Counted from the stretch's first letter, positions 8,325 to 20,334 are shown. The stretch is 32,000 bases of DNA from Acaryochloris marina S15 (GCF_018336915.1 NZ_CP064923.1:5550001-5582000), one strand, 5' to 3'. The notes: a model not told the origin generated them from the letters alone. A program made the numbers and translations.

Positions 8325-9548
8325 GTGTCCGATCAACTCCTGTATCAGATTCAGACGTTACAGTTTTCTGATCAGGCAGCGGCGAATGCCCTGCTGAAGG
8401 ACTTCGTCAATGACAATTTCCCTTTCAATGTGGAGCAGGTACAGGTACGTCCTTCGGCGGTATCCCTTAACTCCATTAATGGATTTCTGCATACCGTGGA
8501 AGGAGACAAACTGTTCTTCAAAACCCACGTTGAACCCCAAAGCCTGATTCATGAGTATTACAACTCCACGATCATGGCAGAGGCAGGCTATCCCATTATT
8601 CAGCCCATTTTTAGCTCAACAGAATGGGGTAAGCAGCTGCTGGTCTATGAGTTTTTTGAATCCCCATCTCTGTTTGATGTGGCTCGTCAGATTGAAACGG
8701 GACAGCGAGGCGGAGCTGACCAGATTATTGCCCTGCAGGAAAAAGCAGACCAAGACCTGTGGGCCATCTATCAGCAAACCCTGCAGCCTTTATCAGCCGA
8801 AGACCATGCCGAAGTCCCCATTCACCAACTGTTTGTCCATCGCCTAGTCGGAGGACGATATCACGAGTTTTACGCAGGCAAAGAAGTCAAGCTACCAGAA
8901 CACACCCTGAACTTTGACCCACTCGCTCAACTAACCTGGCAGATTAATGGCATACCTTACCAAGACACCCTAGCTGACATTATTCAAACAGCCAGTCAAA
9001 AGCTTGTCCCAACCTCTACTCCCTCTGTTGTCGGTCATGGTGATGCTCATAATGGCAATGTGTTCGTAGATGAAGACGCAGAAACCCTGATCTATTTTGA
9101 TCCTGCCTTTGCCGGACGGCATTCACCCTTTTTAGATCTAACGAAGCCGATCTTCCATAACGTATTTGCGATTTGGCTGTATTTCCCCCAAGAGATCGCC
9201 AAAGACCTATCCATTAACTTAGAGATCTCAGCAGACCAGATCCAAGTGGATCATGATTTTCGACCATCAGCTATACGTCTAAGATTCCTGCAATCAAAGC
9301 TCATGCATGTACTCCAGCCCTTGCTTGAGCGCCTAAAAGCTTCTGGTCAACTCCCTGAAACCTGGCGACAGGAACTCAAGTTGGCACTGTTTTGCTGTCC
9401 TTTTTTAACCATGAACCTCTGCGATACCCAACGCTTTCCGCCAGAAATTACGCTACTGGGCTTATCCCTAGCAGTAGAAATGGGCAGTTCTAGCACCTCC
9501 CAGAACCAGAGCATTTTAGATACTGCCCTGGACCAACTCAACATATAA
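8325..9548 (+). CDS. APH/choline-kinase-like phosphotransferase family protein
   Basis: Catalytic-loop motif HGDAHNGNVF followed by IYFDPAF (a DFG-like D). The track ORF starts at 8208 inside hisD. The GTG at 8325 is in frame, follows a GGAGGG Shine-Dalgarno at 8314-8319, and lies 19 nt after the hisD stop. Confidence 0.75.
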   Translation: MSDQLLYQIQTLQFSDQAAANALLKDFVNDNFPFNVEQVQVRPSAVSLNSINGFLHTVEGDKLFFKTHVEPQSLIHEYYNSTIMAEAGYPIIQPIFSSTEWGKQLLVYEFFESPSLFDVARQIETGQRGGADQIIALQEKADQDLWAIYQQTLQPLSAEDHAEVPIHQLFVHRLVGGRYHEFYAGKEVKLPEHTLNFDPLAQLTWQINGIPYQDTLADIIQTASQKLVPTSTPSVVGHGDAHNGNVFVDEDAETLIYFDPAFAGRHSPFLDLTKPIFHNVFAIWLYFPQEIAKDLSINLEISADQIQVDHDFRPSAIRLRFLQSKLMHVLQPLLERLKASGQLPETWRQELKLALFCCPFLTMNLCDTQRFPPEITLLGLSLAVEMGSSSTSQNQSILDTALDQLNI

Positions 9549-9592
9549 GCCCTAAGTTAGGCTTCAATTGGCCGTCAATTCGGAATCAACCC

Positions 9593-10150
9593 ATGCCGAA
9601 GTTTCCCAAGTTGCAGTGTAAGCGCGGCATTCTACGAATGGCAACAGAAGATGATATTGATGCCATCCTGAGGTATTTCATCGTTAATCAAGACCATTTA
9701 GCCCCCTTTGAGCCGATTAAACCGGTGGAGTTTTATACACCCAACTTTTGGCGGGTATTGATTCGCGATCGCACCCATGCATTCCTCAACGATCAAGGCA
9801 TCAAGTTCTTCCTGTTTGATCGGCACAATCCCCAGCAGATTATTGCGGCTATCAACTTCTCAAATGTAGTGCGAGGGGCATTTCAGTCCTGCACCTTAGG
9901 CTTTAGTATTGCCGACCAATATCAAGGTCAAGGCTATATGGCCGAGTCGATACCTGTTGCGATCGCATACCTCTTCTCTGACCTCAACTTGCACCGGATT
10001 ATGGCAGCCTATATGCCCCATAACCAACGTAGCGGCAGACTCCTCCGACGATTAGGCTTTCAACTGGAAGGATATGCCCCTAGATACCTCTGCATTAACG
10101 GGATATGGCAAGACCATATGCTCACTAGCCTCATCAACACTAATATTTAG
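9593..10150 (+). CDS. GNAT family N-acetyltransferase (RimJ/RimL-like)
   Basis: QGQGYMAES acetyl-CoA-binding-type motif, a RLGFQLEG tail and a length of 185 aa. Confidence 0.8.
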   Translation: MPKFPKLQCKRGILRMATEDDIDAILRYFIVNQDHLAPFEPIKPVEFYTPNFWRVLIRDRTHAFLNDQGIKFFLFDRHNPQQIIAAINFSNVVRGAFQSCTLGFSIADQYQGQGYMAESIPVAIAYLFSDLNLHRIMAAYMPHNQRSGRLLRRLGFQLEGYAPRYLCINGIWQDHMLTSLINTNI

Positions 10151-10230
10151 ATTTTATTTAGATCCGGCAGTCACCAAACCGAAAAGGACGTGGGCACAAT
10201 AAAGGTAGCTATTGTCATGGAAGTTCGACG

Positions 10231-10253
10231 GGGGGCGCAAGCCCCTTTTTTTT
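10231..10253 (+). terminator. Rho-independent terminator downstream of the GNAT gene
   Basis: GGGGC-GCAA-GCCCC hairpin (GNRA-type tetraloop) followed by eight T residues (10246-10253). Confidence 0.75.
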
Positions 10254-10288
10254 ATAGAATTAGACCATAAACACAACTGAAAATCTTG

Positions 10289-10357
10289 TGAAGTTATTTT
10301 GAAGCGTCAAGCTCTCTACAACAAATTTTATTCTTTTGAAAGTTCAAAATAACTTCA
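10289..10357. repeat. 15-bp perfect inverted repeat (TGAAGTTATTTTGAA / TTCAAAATAACTTCA) with a 39-nt spacer
   Basis: The arms lie at 10289-10303 and 10343-10357 in an AT-rich intergenic region. AAAATCTTG recurs nearby at 10280 and 10393. Confidence 0.6.
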
Positions 10358-10561
10358 ACTATCTCTCACGTAATTGAGATATTAGCCTTCACAAAATCTT
10401 GAGATTTTTCCTATCGTTTTGCTACACATGCGATAGAAACTACAGTTAGAAACCTTGGGATCTTTATCCTCAAAGTTTTAAACAATAATTATTTAATATT
10501 TACTACAGAAAAGATGTCTGTTTCCATAAGAAATGGGGCATTATCTAATCAATTAGTCTCC

Positions 10562-10592
10562 AAATAAAAACCCAGCACGGGGGGTGCTGGGT
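10562..10592 (-). terminator. Rho-independent terminator on the minus strand
   Basis: Perfect 9-bp stem ACCCAGCAC / GTGCTGGGT (10570-10578 / 10584-10592) with a 5-nt G loop. On the minus strand it is followed by TTTTTATTT (complement of 10562-10570). Confidence 0.6.
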
Positions 10593-10610
10593 CGATATGG
10601 GAGGTATTGG

Positions 10611-10652
10611 AACCCTCTGGATGAGTGAATGCATCGCATCCGAGGGTTTTTT
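10611..10652 (+). terminator. Rho-independent terminator on the plus strand
   Basis: Stem AACCCTC(T)GGATG ... CATCCGAGGGTT (10611-10623 / 10637-10648) has 12 bp with one bulge and runs into TTTTTT (10647-10652). Confidence 0.6.
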
Positions 10653-10928
10653 ATGGCATGAATTAACTAGTTGTTTATACTCTAACCAATCTTCCAAACC
10701 CAGACCTGAGAAGAACTACGGAATTATTATTTCTGTTACCAAAAAACCTCCAGTAAATACACCCACATTTACTTTCGCTCTATCGAATAGAAGTCATAAC
10801 AGCCATAACAGAAACGGAACTTTAGACAGAAATTTATAATATTCACAACAACTTCATAGGGCAATAAGTGCACGCCCCTCCTGATACGCTGAAATGAATC
10901 CATTCAAAGTTTTTATGGCAGAGCAGAT

Positions 10929-12356
10929 ATGGAAACGCAAACCGATTCCAATCCGAGCAACTTAGATATTCAATTCAATTTTTGGCAACAGTGGTATCCA
11001 GTCGCTCCCTTAGAAGACTTAGATCCACAGCGCCCCACTGCCATTACGTTATTAGGGCAACATTTTGTTATTTGGCAACCCAAGCATTCTGACCAATATC
11101 TAGTATTTCAAGATCTGTGCTCCCACCGCTTAGCTCCCCTCAGTGAAGGTCGCATTGACGAGCAAACCGGTCAGCTCATGTGTAGCTATCACGGTTGGCA
11201 ATTTGATCAAGAAGGTCTTTGCACCCACATTCCTCAAGCTGAAGCAGTCACCCCTAAGCAGGGACAGCTGTACTGCGTTACTGCTGTCCCCACTCAAGCG
11301 CAAAGTGGACTGTTGTGGGTATGGCCAGATCCAGACACCCGAGAAATTGCTGCCACACAACCTTTGCCTCTCTCCCCCCTCATTAATGCTGACCAAAACT
11401 TTGTCTGGTCCTCTGTCATGAGAGATTTGGCCTATGATTGGCAAACGTTAGTTGAAAACGTCTCTGACCCGAGTCACGTTCCCTTTGCCCATCATGGTGT
11501 CCAAGGCAATCGCAACCAAGCCGCTCCTATCCCTATGGAGGTTCTGACCTCCACCCCAGAGCTAATTGAAGTCTTGACCACGGGGAAGTTCGCCACCACA
11601 ATCACCTTTCAACCGCCCTGCCGCTTGGAATATCAATTTTCTATCGGTGAAGGGAAACAAGCAGCTATGGTCACCTACTGTATTCCCATTGCCCCAGGTC
11701 GATCTCGCATCGTAGCCCTGTTTGCACGCAATTTTGCCACAGGTCTCATGAAAGTGCTTCCTCGCTGGGTAGAGCATATGAAAAACCGCAATCCAGTGCT
11801 GGATGGCGACATGATTTTGTTACGTGCCCAAGAAAAACAGCTTCTTCAGCACACCCAAACCCAAAATTGGCAAACCGCCTACAAGCTCCCCACCAGTGCG
11901 GATCGTCTCGTGATTGAATATCGGCGATGGTTCGAAAAGTATAGTCACGGACAAATTCCTTGGGGATCTGCTGATGGGCAGATTTTCGTTGCTTCCAACA
12001 ACTATGACTATTTACAACCTCTAGGAGAGAAGCGACCTCAAATTCTGGATCGATATCATCAACACACCTTGATCTGTAGTAGCTGTCGACGAGCGTTGAG
12101 CAGAATCAAGCTATTGCAAAAGATTTTGGTAGCTGTCTTTGCGATCGCAATCAGTGGAACAGCAATCTTGCCTGATTCTTTACTCCCTTCCCGCCATAAG
12201 ATTGTGCATCTAAATATCATTGAAATTCTTATTTATCAAGAATCTGAATACCCAATCTTATGCTGGGATGGGAGTAAGAGTGACGTGGGGGATTCCCATG
12301 GTTCTCATAGGGCTTCTAGGGTTAGGGATCTATTATGGGTTGAAATATTGGCTTAA
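10929..12356 (+). CDS. PaO/Tic55-type Rieske [2Fe-2S] non-haem-iron oxygenase; the 3' end appears frame-disrupted
   Basis: Rieske motif CSHRLAPLSEG...CSYHGWQF, mononuclear iron region DPSHVPFAHHG and the PaO-family C-terminal CxxC (CSSCRRAL). After residue ~418 the translation becomes atypical (HKIVHLNIIEILIYQESEYPILCWDG...), while the +1 frame carries a TM helix and a ...KYWLKPRFYFVDYIHAHH tail. Confidence 0.85.
   Translation: METQTDSNPSNLDIQFNFWQQWYPVAPLEDLDPQRPTAITLLGQHFVIWQPKHSDQYLVFQDLCSHRLAPLSEGRIDEQTGQLMCSYHGWQFDQEGLCTHIPQAEAVTPKQGQLYCVTAVPTQAQSGLLWVWPDPDTREIAATQPLPLSPLINADQNFVWSSVMRDLAYDWQTLVENVSDPSHVPFAHHGVQGNRNQAAPIPMEVLTSTPELIEVLTTGKFATTITFQPPCRLEYQFSIGEGKQAAMVTYCIPIAPGRSRIVALFARNFATGLMKVLPRWVEHMKNRNPVLDGDMILLRAQEKQLLQHTQTQNWQTAYKLPTSADRLVIEYRRWFEKYSHGQIPWGSADGQIFVASNNYDYLQPLGEKRPQILDRYHQHTLICSSCRRALSRIKLLQKILVAVFAIAISGTAILPDSLLPSRHKIVHLNIIEILIYQESEYPILCWDGSKSDVGDSHGSHRASRVRDLLWVEILA
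12183..12274. repeat. AT-rich palindromic (MITE-like) element inside the 3' end of the Rieske gene
   Basis: Imperfect 22-nt inverted repeats: CTCCCTTCCCGCCATAAGATTG (12183-12204) against the reverse complement of 12253-12274 (CTCCCATCCCAGCATAAGATTG). They match 19/22, including a perfect 10-mer CATAAGATTG. An inner ATTCTT/AAGAAT pair is also present. The exact boundaries are uncertain. Confidence 0.55.
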
Positions 12357-12399
12357 ACCCAGATTTTATTTTGTGGATTATATCCATGCACATCACTGA
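12214..12399 (+). other. Displaced native C-terminal coding segment of the Rieske/PaO gene (+1 frame relative to 10929)
   Basis: Open frame reading ...AGMGVRVTWGIPMVLIGLLGLGIYYGLKYWLKPRFYFVDYIHAHH* (TGA at 12397-12399). It encodes a hydrophobic helix plus an aromatic tail, as expected for membrane-anchored PaO-family proteins. Confidence 0.6.
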
Positions 12400-13024
12400 T
12401 CAATCGATTTTTAGATAAAAGCCTTGGAAACACTCTGTCCATAAGTGTTTTCAAAGCTATTTTGTACAACGTTACACCAACCGTTAGAGTTCAGTGAACG
12501 ATAGAACCTGCCTACCCGTGAACTGAATTCCATCGACCTAACAACCAAAAGATACAGGTTTATGGCCAAGAGTTATTACCACAAAAAGTTTTACAAGATA
12601 AGAACCTTTATAGTTATTTCATTGATTCATATTAATTTATATGAAATATTACCGATTTCTTCGTGCAGATTTAATTTGGTAGTCTATTGACAACCAAATC
12701 TTCCAAAACTGGGTCTATTGTAACTTCCACAACATTTATGAGGAAGAAATTTCAGCCCTTTCATAAATATATTCTTTAGATTAAAATCTTGACTAAAATG
12801 CAGAGTATTGCGAATGAGATCGCACGATCAGCTCAGCTGCCATAACGGGGATCAAATTCTTACAATCTTTACAAGGAAAAGCTTACAAGGATTATTATCG
12901 GTATTACAATTTATATGTAAAGAACTGTATTGAGTCCTAGCTATGTAAACCATGAGTATTAAGTATTTTTTCTTAGCCTGTTTGAGCTGAGTGGAAGGAT
13001 ATACTTCTAGAACAGAAACGCTTG

Positions 13025-13486
13025 ATGTTGTTGAGGTCGCGTATGGATTCGCCCCCTCCTATGTTGTTTGCGTCAGTCACAGCCTTTTCGATGACGCTAG
13101 CTGTATTCCTTTACATAGGACTTGGTGTACTAGGGATTACCCTACGAAGATTGCGACTCCGTCACGGTGAAGCTTCTTGGGGATGGTTACGTTATATCCA
13201 CTATGGATTGGGTATCACACTAGTACTGACAATTTTAGAATTAATGACCATCGGTATTTTAGGTGCCTCCACTTATGAAGGAACCTCCGGTCATTCATCT
13301 CACTTACCTGCTGGCCTATTGGTCGCTGGTTTAACCCTTGCTTCTGCTTGGGCCGCCAGTCGTGTGCATCCCAAGCGTCCTTGGGCTCGTCCACTCCACG
13401 TCAGCATTAATGGCATGCTTTTTCTAGCCTTAACCGCCGTGTCTTGGACAGGCTGGTCCGTGCTTCAGAACTATTTGCCTCAGTAA
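13025..13486 (+). CDS. Integral membrane protein, ~4 TM helices (possibly DUF4079 / cytochrome b561-like)
   Basis: Four hydrophobic segments with His residues at helix ends. I prefer the ATG at 13025 to the TTG at 13022 used by the track. The family assignment is tentative. Confidence 0.6.
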   Translation: MLLRSRMDSPPPMLFASVTAFSMTLAVFLYIGLGVLGITLRRLRLRHGEASWGWLRYIHYGLGITLVLTILELMTIGILGASTYEGTSGHSSHLPAGLLVAGLTLASAWAASRVHPKRPWARPLHVSINGMLFLALTAVSWTGWSVLQNYLPQ

Positions 13487-13510
13487 CCTCTGATTCATAA
13501 TCGAGTCGAC

Positions 13511-13544
13511 AGTACGCAGCATTTGCTGCGTACTCTGTTTTCTT
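13511..13544 (+). terminator. Rho-independent terminator after the membrane-protein gene
   Basis: Perfect 10-bp stem AGTACGCAGC / GCTGCGTACT with an ATTT loop, followed by CTGTTTTCTT. It ends immediately before the ATG of the next gene (13545). Confidence 0.6.
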
Positions 13545-13976
13545 ATGCAAACACTAAGTGGTCGCTGTCTCTGCGAAGGGATAGCTTATGAGATTTCAGG
13601 CGAACTGGGTCCCATTTTTAACTGTCATTGCTCAAAATGCAGGCGCTGGCATGGAGCTGCTTTTCGCACCCGAGCCACCATTACCACTCAGCAATTTAAG
13701 TGGATTAAAGGTGAAGACTTACTGTCTCGCTACCATTCTTCCGAGTTTGTAGTGAAGCATTTTTGTTCTGTCTGTGGCTCCAATCTCATCAGCACCTATG
13801 ACAATGCGCCTGATAAGATCGGTATTCCATTAGGCGGGCTAGATCAAGCGCCTCACAATGCACCAGAGGGACACATTTACGTGGGGTCTAAATCTCCTTG
13901 GTTCACCATTACAGATGACCTCCCCCAGCACGATATCTGGCCAGGCAGCCATGCCAAAGTCCGTGAGACCCGATAA
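13545..13976 (+). CDS. GFA (glutathione-dependent formaldehyde-activating / CENP-V) family protein
   Basis: Zinc-binding cysteine pattern C-x-C ... CHCSKCRRWHGAAF ... FCSVCGSNL over 143 aa. Confidence 0.85.
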   Translation: MQTLSGRCLCEGIAYEISGELGPIFNCHCSKCRRWHGAAFRTRATITTQQFKWIKGEDLLSRYHSSEFVVKHFCSVCGSNLISTYDNAPDKIGIPLGGLDQAPHNAPEGHIYVGSKSPWFTITDDLPQHDIWPGSHAKVRETR

Positions 13977-14002
13977 GCGCTCTCTCGCGAACATCTCACA
14001 GG

Positions 14003-14635
14003 CTAGGCAGTCGGTTCAGTGCCCTGCCAACGCTGAAGTGGCACACAATCTATCCCGAGTTGATCTAAAGCTCGAGCTACCACAAAGTCTGCCAAGTCTT
14101 CGATGGTTTGGGGGTTGTGGTACCAAGCAGGAATCGCAGGCACAATCCGGGCTCCAGCCTCTGCCAAAGTAGTCAGATTTCGCAGGTGAATCAGGCTAAA
14201 GGGGGTTTCTCTAGGCACGATCACTAAAGGGCGTCGTTCCTTCAGGTGAACATCGGCCGTCCGTTCTAATAGGCTAGAACTGAGACCCGCAGCAATTTTA
14301 GCCACCGTACTCATACTGCAAGGAATCACCAGCATCCCCAGGGTGCGAAAGGAGCCGCTGGCAATCCCTGCACCGACGTTAGTGGCGGCATGGCAGGTTA
14401 ACTTCCCACCCCATTCATCGGCTTGCTGACGCCAAAATTGCTCTTGCTTACCGGGATCAGCGGGCATACGAATATTTTGCTCGGCTTGCCAAACCTGGTA
14501 AGTGGCCTTAGAAGCCACCAGTTCAATCGAATAATTTGCTCGGAGCAAGAACTTAATCGTGCGTACAGCATAGAGTAATCCTGATGCACCAGAAACGCCT
14601 AAAGTAACGGGTAGCGGTGAGTTAGAGTGAGACAC
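14003..14635 (-). CDS. ubiX: Flavin prenyltransferase UbiX
   Basis: GVSGASG nucleotide-binding start, PCSMSTVAKIAAG and KERRPLVIVPRETP motifs over 210 aa. Confidence 0.9.
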   Translation of the reverse strand: MSHSNSPLPVTLGVSGASGLLYAVRTIKFLLRANYSIELVASKATYQVWQAEQNIRMPADPGKQEQFWRQQADEWGGKLTCHAATNVGAGIASGSFRTLGMLVIPCSMSTVAKIAAGLSSSLLERTADVHLKERRPLVIVPRETPFSLIHLRNLTTLAEAGARIVPAIPAWYHNPQTIEDLADFVVARALDQLGIDCVPLQRWQGTEPTA

Positions 14636-14826
14636 AAGCGTAGGTTATAAAAGAGTGGTATTTCGCCTTAGCGGAACGTTTTATTATAACGTTGATACTC
14701 TGTATTCCTCACAGAGAGAGCGATCCCCAACCTAGACCCTATTCCGTTTGCAGAATCAGTACCATAGGATTACCAGAGAATAGAGCAAGCCTTCCATAAA
14801 CGCAGCTTGGCACGAAGGATCCCAGA

Positions 14827-15306
14827 GTGAACAAAACTCTTTTTTCATCCAAAGGCTTAACCCTTCTAAGTTGGCTATTTTGGATGGCGATAATGGTTCA
14901 ATTTTCTACCCAGCGATGGGGGGGTGAACAAACCCAATCCATTCTGACAGCGCTTCTAAATTTGAGTGTGCCAGCTCTGCTCAATGGGCTTAGCCCAGAG
15001 CAATTGCACACCTTGAACTTTATCGTTCGCAAGGGTGCTCATTTGACGGAATATGCCATTCTCACCACCCTTTGCTTCACAATGGGGACATTCGGGTTCC
15101 AAAAGCCTTGGAAATCAGTCTTACCCTTTGCAGTCCTAGGTTCAGCACTCTTTGCGATCACTGATGAAATCCATCAGAATTTTGTCCCGAATCGCGGTGC
15201 TTCTCCTATAGATGTGCTGATTGATATTACCGGTGCATTGATTGCAGTCAGCTTGATTAGTCTTTGGAAGACTCGTTTTCAACCCAATCCCCCACAAAAC
15301 CTATGA
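14827..15306 (+). CDS. VanZ family membrane protein
   Basis: RKGAHLTEYAIL and DEIHQNFVPNRGASPIDVLIDITGALIA motifs. GTG start. The stop overlaps the next gene's ATG (ATGA at 15303-15306). Confidence 0.8.
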   Translation: MNKTLFSSKGLTLLSWLFWMAIMVQFSTQRWGGEQTQSILTALLNLSVPALLNGLSPEQLHTLNFIVRKGAHLTEYAILTTLCFTMGTFGFQKPWKSVLPFAVLGSALFAITDEIHQNFVPNRGASPIDVLIDITGALIAVSLISLWKTRFQPNPPQNL

Positions 15307-15663
15307 CGGTTACTCAGTTATTACATACAGCCTTGCTCGTGCAGGATTTAGAGCGATCTCGGCAGTTTTATGGCGAGGTGTTGGGATTAACGGAATGTCC
15401 CCGTCCATTTGATTTTCCAGGGGCTTGGTATCAAATCGGCCCTCAGCAACTGCACGTCATGGTGTCCCCCGATTATGTCGCCCGACAGGCCAATCAAGAA
15501 CGATGGGGACGCAATCGCCATGTGGCCCTGGCAGTCTCTGATCTAGAAGACTGTCAAACCCAGTTAACGGCAGCTGGAGTAACCTATCAATTAAGCCATT
15601 CGGGCCGAGCTGCTTTATTTGTGCACGATCCAGATGGCAATATTATTGAGCTGAGTCAAGTCG

Positions 15664-15686
<23 letters not shown>
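15303..15686 (+). CDS. VOC (glyoxalase/bleomycin-resistance/dioxygenase) family protein
   Basis: LLHTALLVQDLERSRQFYGEVLGL ... HVALAV ... FVHDPDGNIIEL is the classic VOC fold signature. The internal ATG at 15303 is chosen over the track start at 15264, which lies inside vanZ. Confidence 0.8.
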
Positions 15687-19037
<3,351 letters not shown>

Positions 19038-19060
19038 CGCAGATCCAACTCAAACCCTAT

Positions 19061-19546
19061 CTACGAACCAGAGGTCAATAATGCTACCGCATAAGCGCAA
19101 ATTCCCTGCTCTTGTCCTACAGGCCCCAGTTTTTCATTCGTTGTGGCTTTTATACCTATTAAATCAGGACTGAGATTCAAGGTTTTGCTAATGCGATCGC
19201 GCATTGCATTGATATGAGGTTTCAGCTTGGGACGCTCTGCCACCACCACCGAGTCAATATTACCAATCTGCCAGCCTCGATCCAGAATCAACTGGTGTAC
19301 CTGTTCCAGCAATTTCAGACTATCTGCCCCTGCCCATTGAGGATCCGTTGGCGGAAAATAATGGCCAATATCGCCTAAACTCAAGGCTCCTAACAGGGCA
19401 TCCATAATTGCATGGGTCAACACATCCGCATCACTATGGCCTTTCAAGCCTAGAGAATGCTCAATTTGAACTCCCCCAAGAATCAACGGGCGATCTTCAA
19501 CCAGTTGATGGATATCGTAACCATTACCAATACGGATGGATGTCAT
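19061..19546 (-). CDS. ispF: 2-C-methyl-D-erythritol 2,4-cyclodiphosphate synthase
   Basis: [12 protein letters not shown] and [12 protein letters not shown] motifs over 161 aa. It lies 23 nt upstream of the ROK gene on the same strand. Confidence 0.95.
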   Translation of the reverse strand: MTSIRIGNGYDIHQLVEDRPLILGGVQIEHSLGLKGHSDADVLTHAIMDALLGALSLGDIGHYFPPTDPQWAGADSLKLLEQVHQLILDRGWQIGNIDSVVVAERPKLKPHINAMRDRISKTLNLSPDLIGIKATTNEKLGPVGQEQGICAYAVALLTSGS

Positions 19547-19827
19547 AGTCTCGCTACAGGAATGAATTGAAAAACGGCCCAGTGCTCTCGTACCATACTA
19601 TGACGGCACCTCTGACAGAAAGAGTCGTTGGGCTGCAAAGACATCCTTTTGGGAGGGAAGAACCATCGATCGTCCACCCTCCATAACCGTTACACCAGCC
19701 TAGGTCACTCTTTAGGATTGGAACAGGTTCCCAGGGTCACCGTCTAAACAATCAACACGTTATGCCCAAAAAGCATACCTACTCAGTTCCCCTACAGTTA
19801 CTGTTATTGTTTTTCAAATCACAACTT

Positions 19828-20334
19828 ATGCAAAAATTTCTGCTTTTTTCATCCATACTTCTAGCCCCTTTAGCAGCTACCCCAGTGCTGCATGCTCAGG
19901 AAACGGTTTCTCACCTTCCCCTTCCCTATGCTCAACCCTTAGTCATCGCTCAAGACGCAGTAAAAGCCGACCCCTTCTTTTTGACCCGTGCCAAGAATCT
20001 GGCACGGCAAGCAGCCGAACGAGAAAACGGTGGCCTTAGTCAGTACCGGGCTGAAACATCGATGTATGGCCCTGCCATCGATTCCCCTCATGTCGAGAAT
20101 GAAGATGGCAGTGTCACCTTCTCCTTCAAAGGGGGTGCTCCTGGGTTTGTTTCCCCGACTCTAGAAACAGTAGCCACCGTTGCTCCTGCAGGCATCGTTA
20201 CGATCGGTTACAACGGTCCCATTCGTCCCGCAGCCGCTCAGCCCTCCGAGCCTGACCCTACCCCGGCAGCCCCAGCTTCCATTCCCCAGGTTCCATCTCA
20301 AATTATTGACCAAATCAAAGATTTAGTTGAATAG
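19828..20334 (+). CDS. Secreted hypothetical protein with one copy of an unassigned ~87-aa domain
   Basis: The internal ATG at 19828 gives the signal-peptide-like N-terminus MQKFLLFSSILLAPLAATPVLHAQ. The domain DPFFLTRAKNLARQAAERENGGL...GGAPGFV...YNGPIRP spans 19969-20229. Confidence 0.7.
   Translation: MQKFLLFSSILLAPLAATPVLHAQETVSHLPLPYAQPLVIAQDAVKADPFFLTRAKNLARQAAERENGGLSQYRAETSMYGPAIDSPHVENEDGSVTFSFKGGAPGFVSPTLETVATVAPAGIVTIGYNGPIRPAAAQPSEPDPTPAAPASIPQVPSQIIDQIKDLVE

Noticed and set aside
10160-10230. GGAAGTTCGACGG and nearby sequence as a possible tRNA-like or tmRNA 3' end
   Set aside because: No acceptor stem or full T-arm can be paired. The segment is better explained as 3' UTR leading into the GNAT terminator.
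10597-10839. 80-aa plus-strand ORF in the long intergenic region
   Set aside because: It reads straight through a strong plus-strand intrinsic terminator (10611-10652). It is low-complexity and AT-driven and carries no recognisable motif.
12428-12460. Weak hairpin AAACACT/AGTGTTT after the displaced Rieske C-terminus as a terminator
   Set aside because: It is only a 7-bp AT-rich stem with an interrupted T-tract, which is too weak to call.
12464-12477. TGTACAACGTTACA as a possible NtcA/CRP-type site
   Set aside because: The half-site spacing is GTA-N6-TAC, not the GTA-N8-TAC required for NtcA. It has no -10 partner at the right distance.
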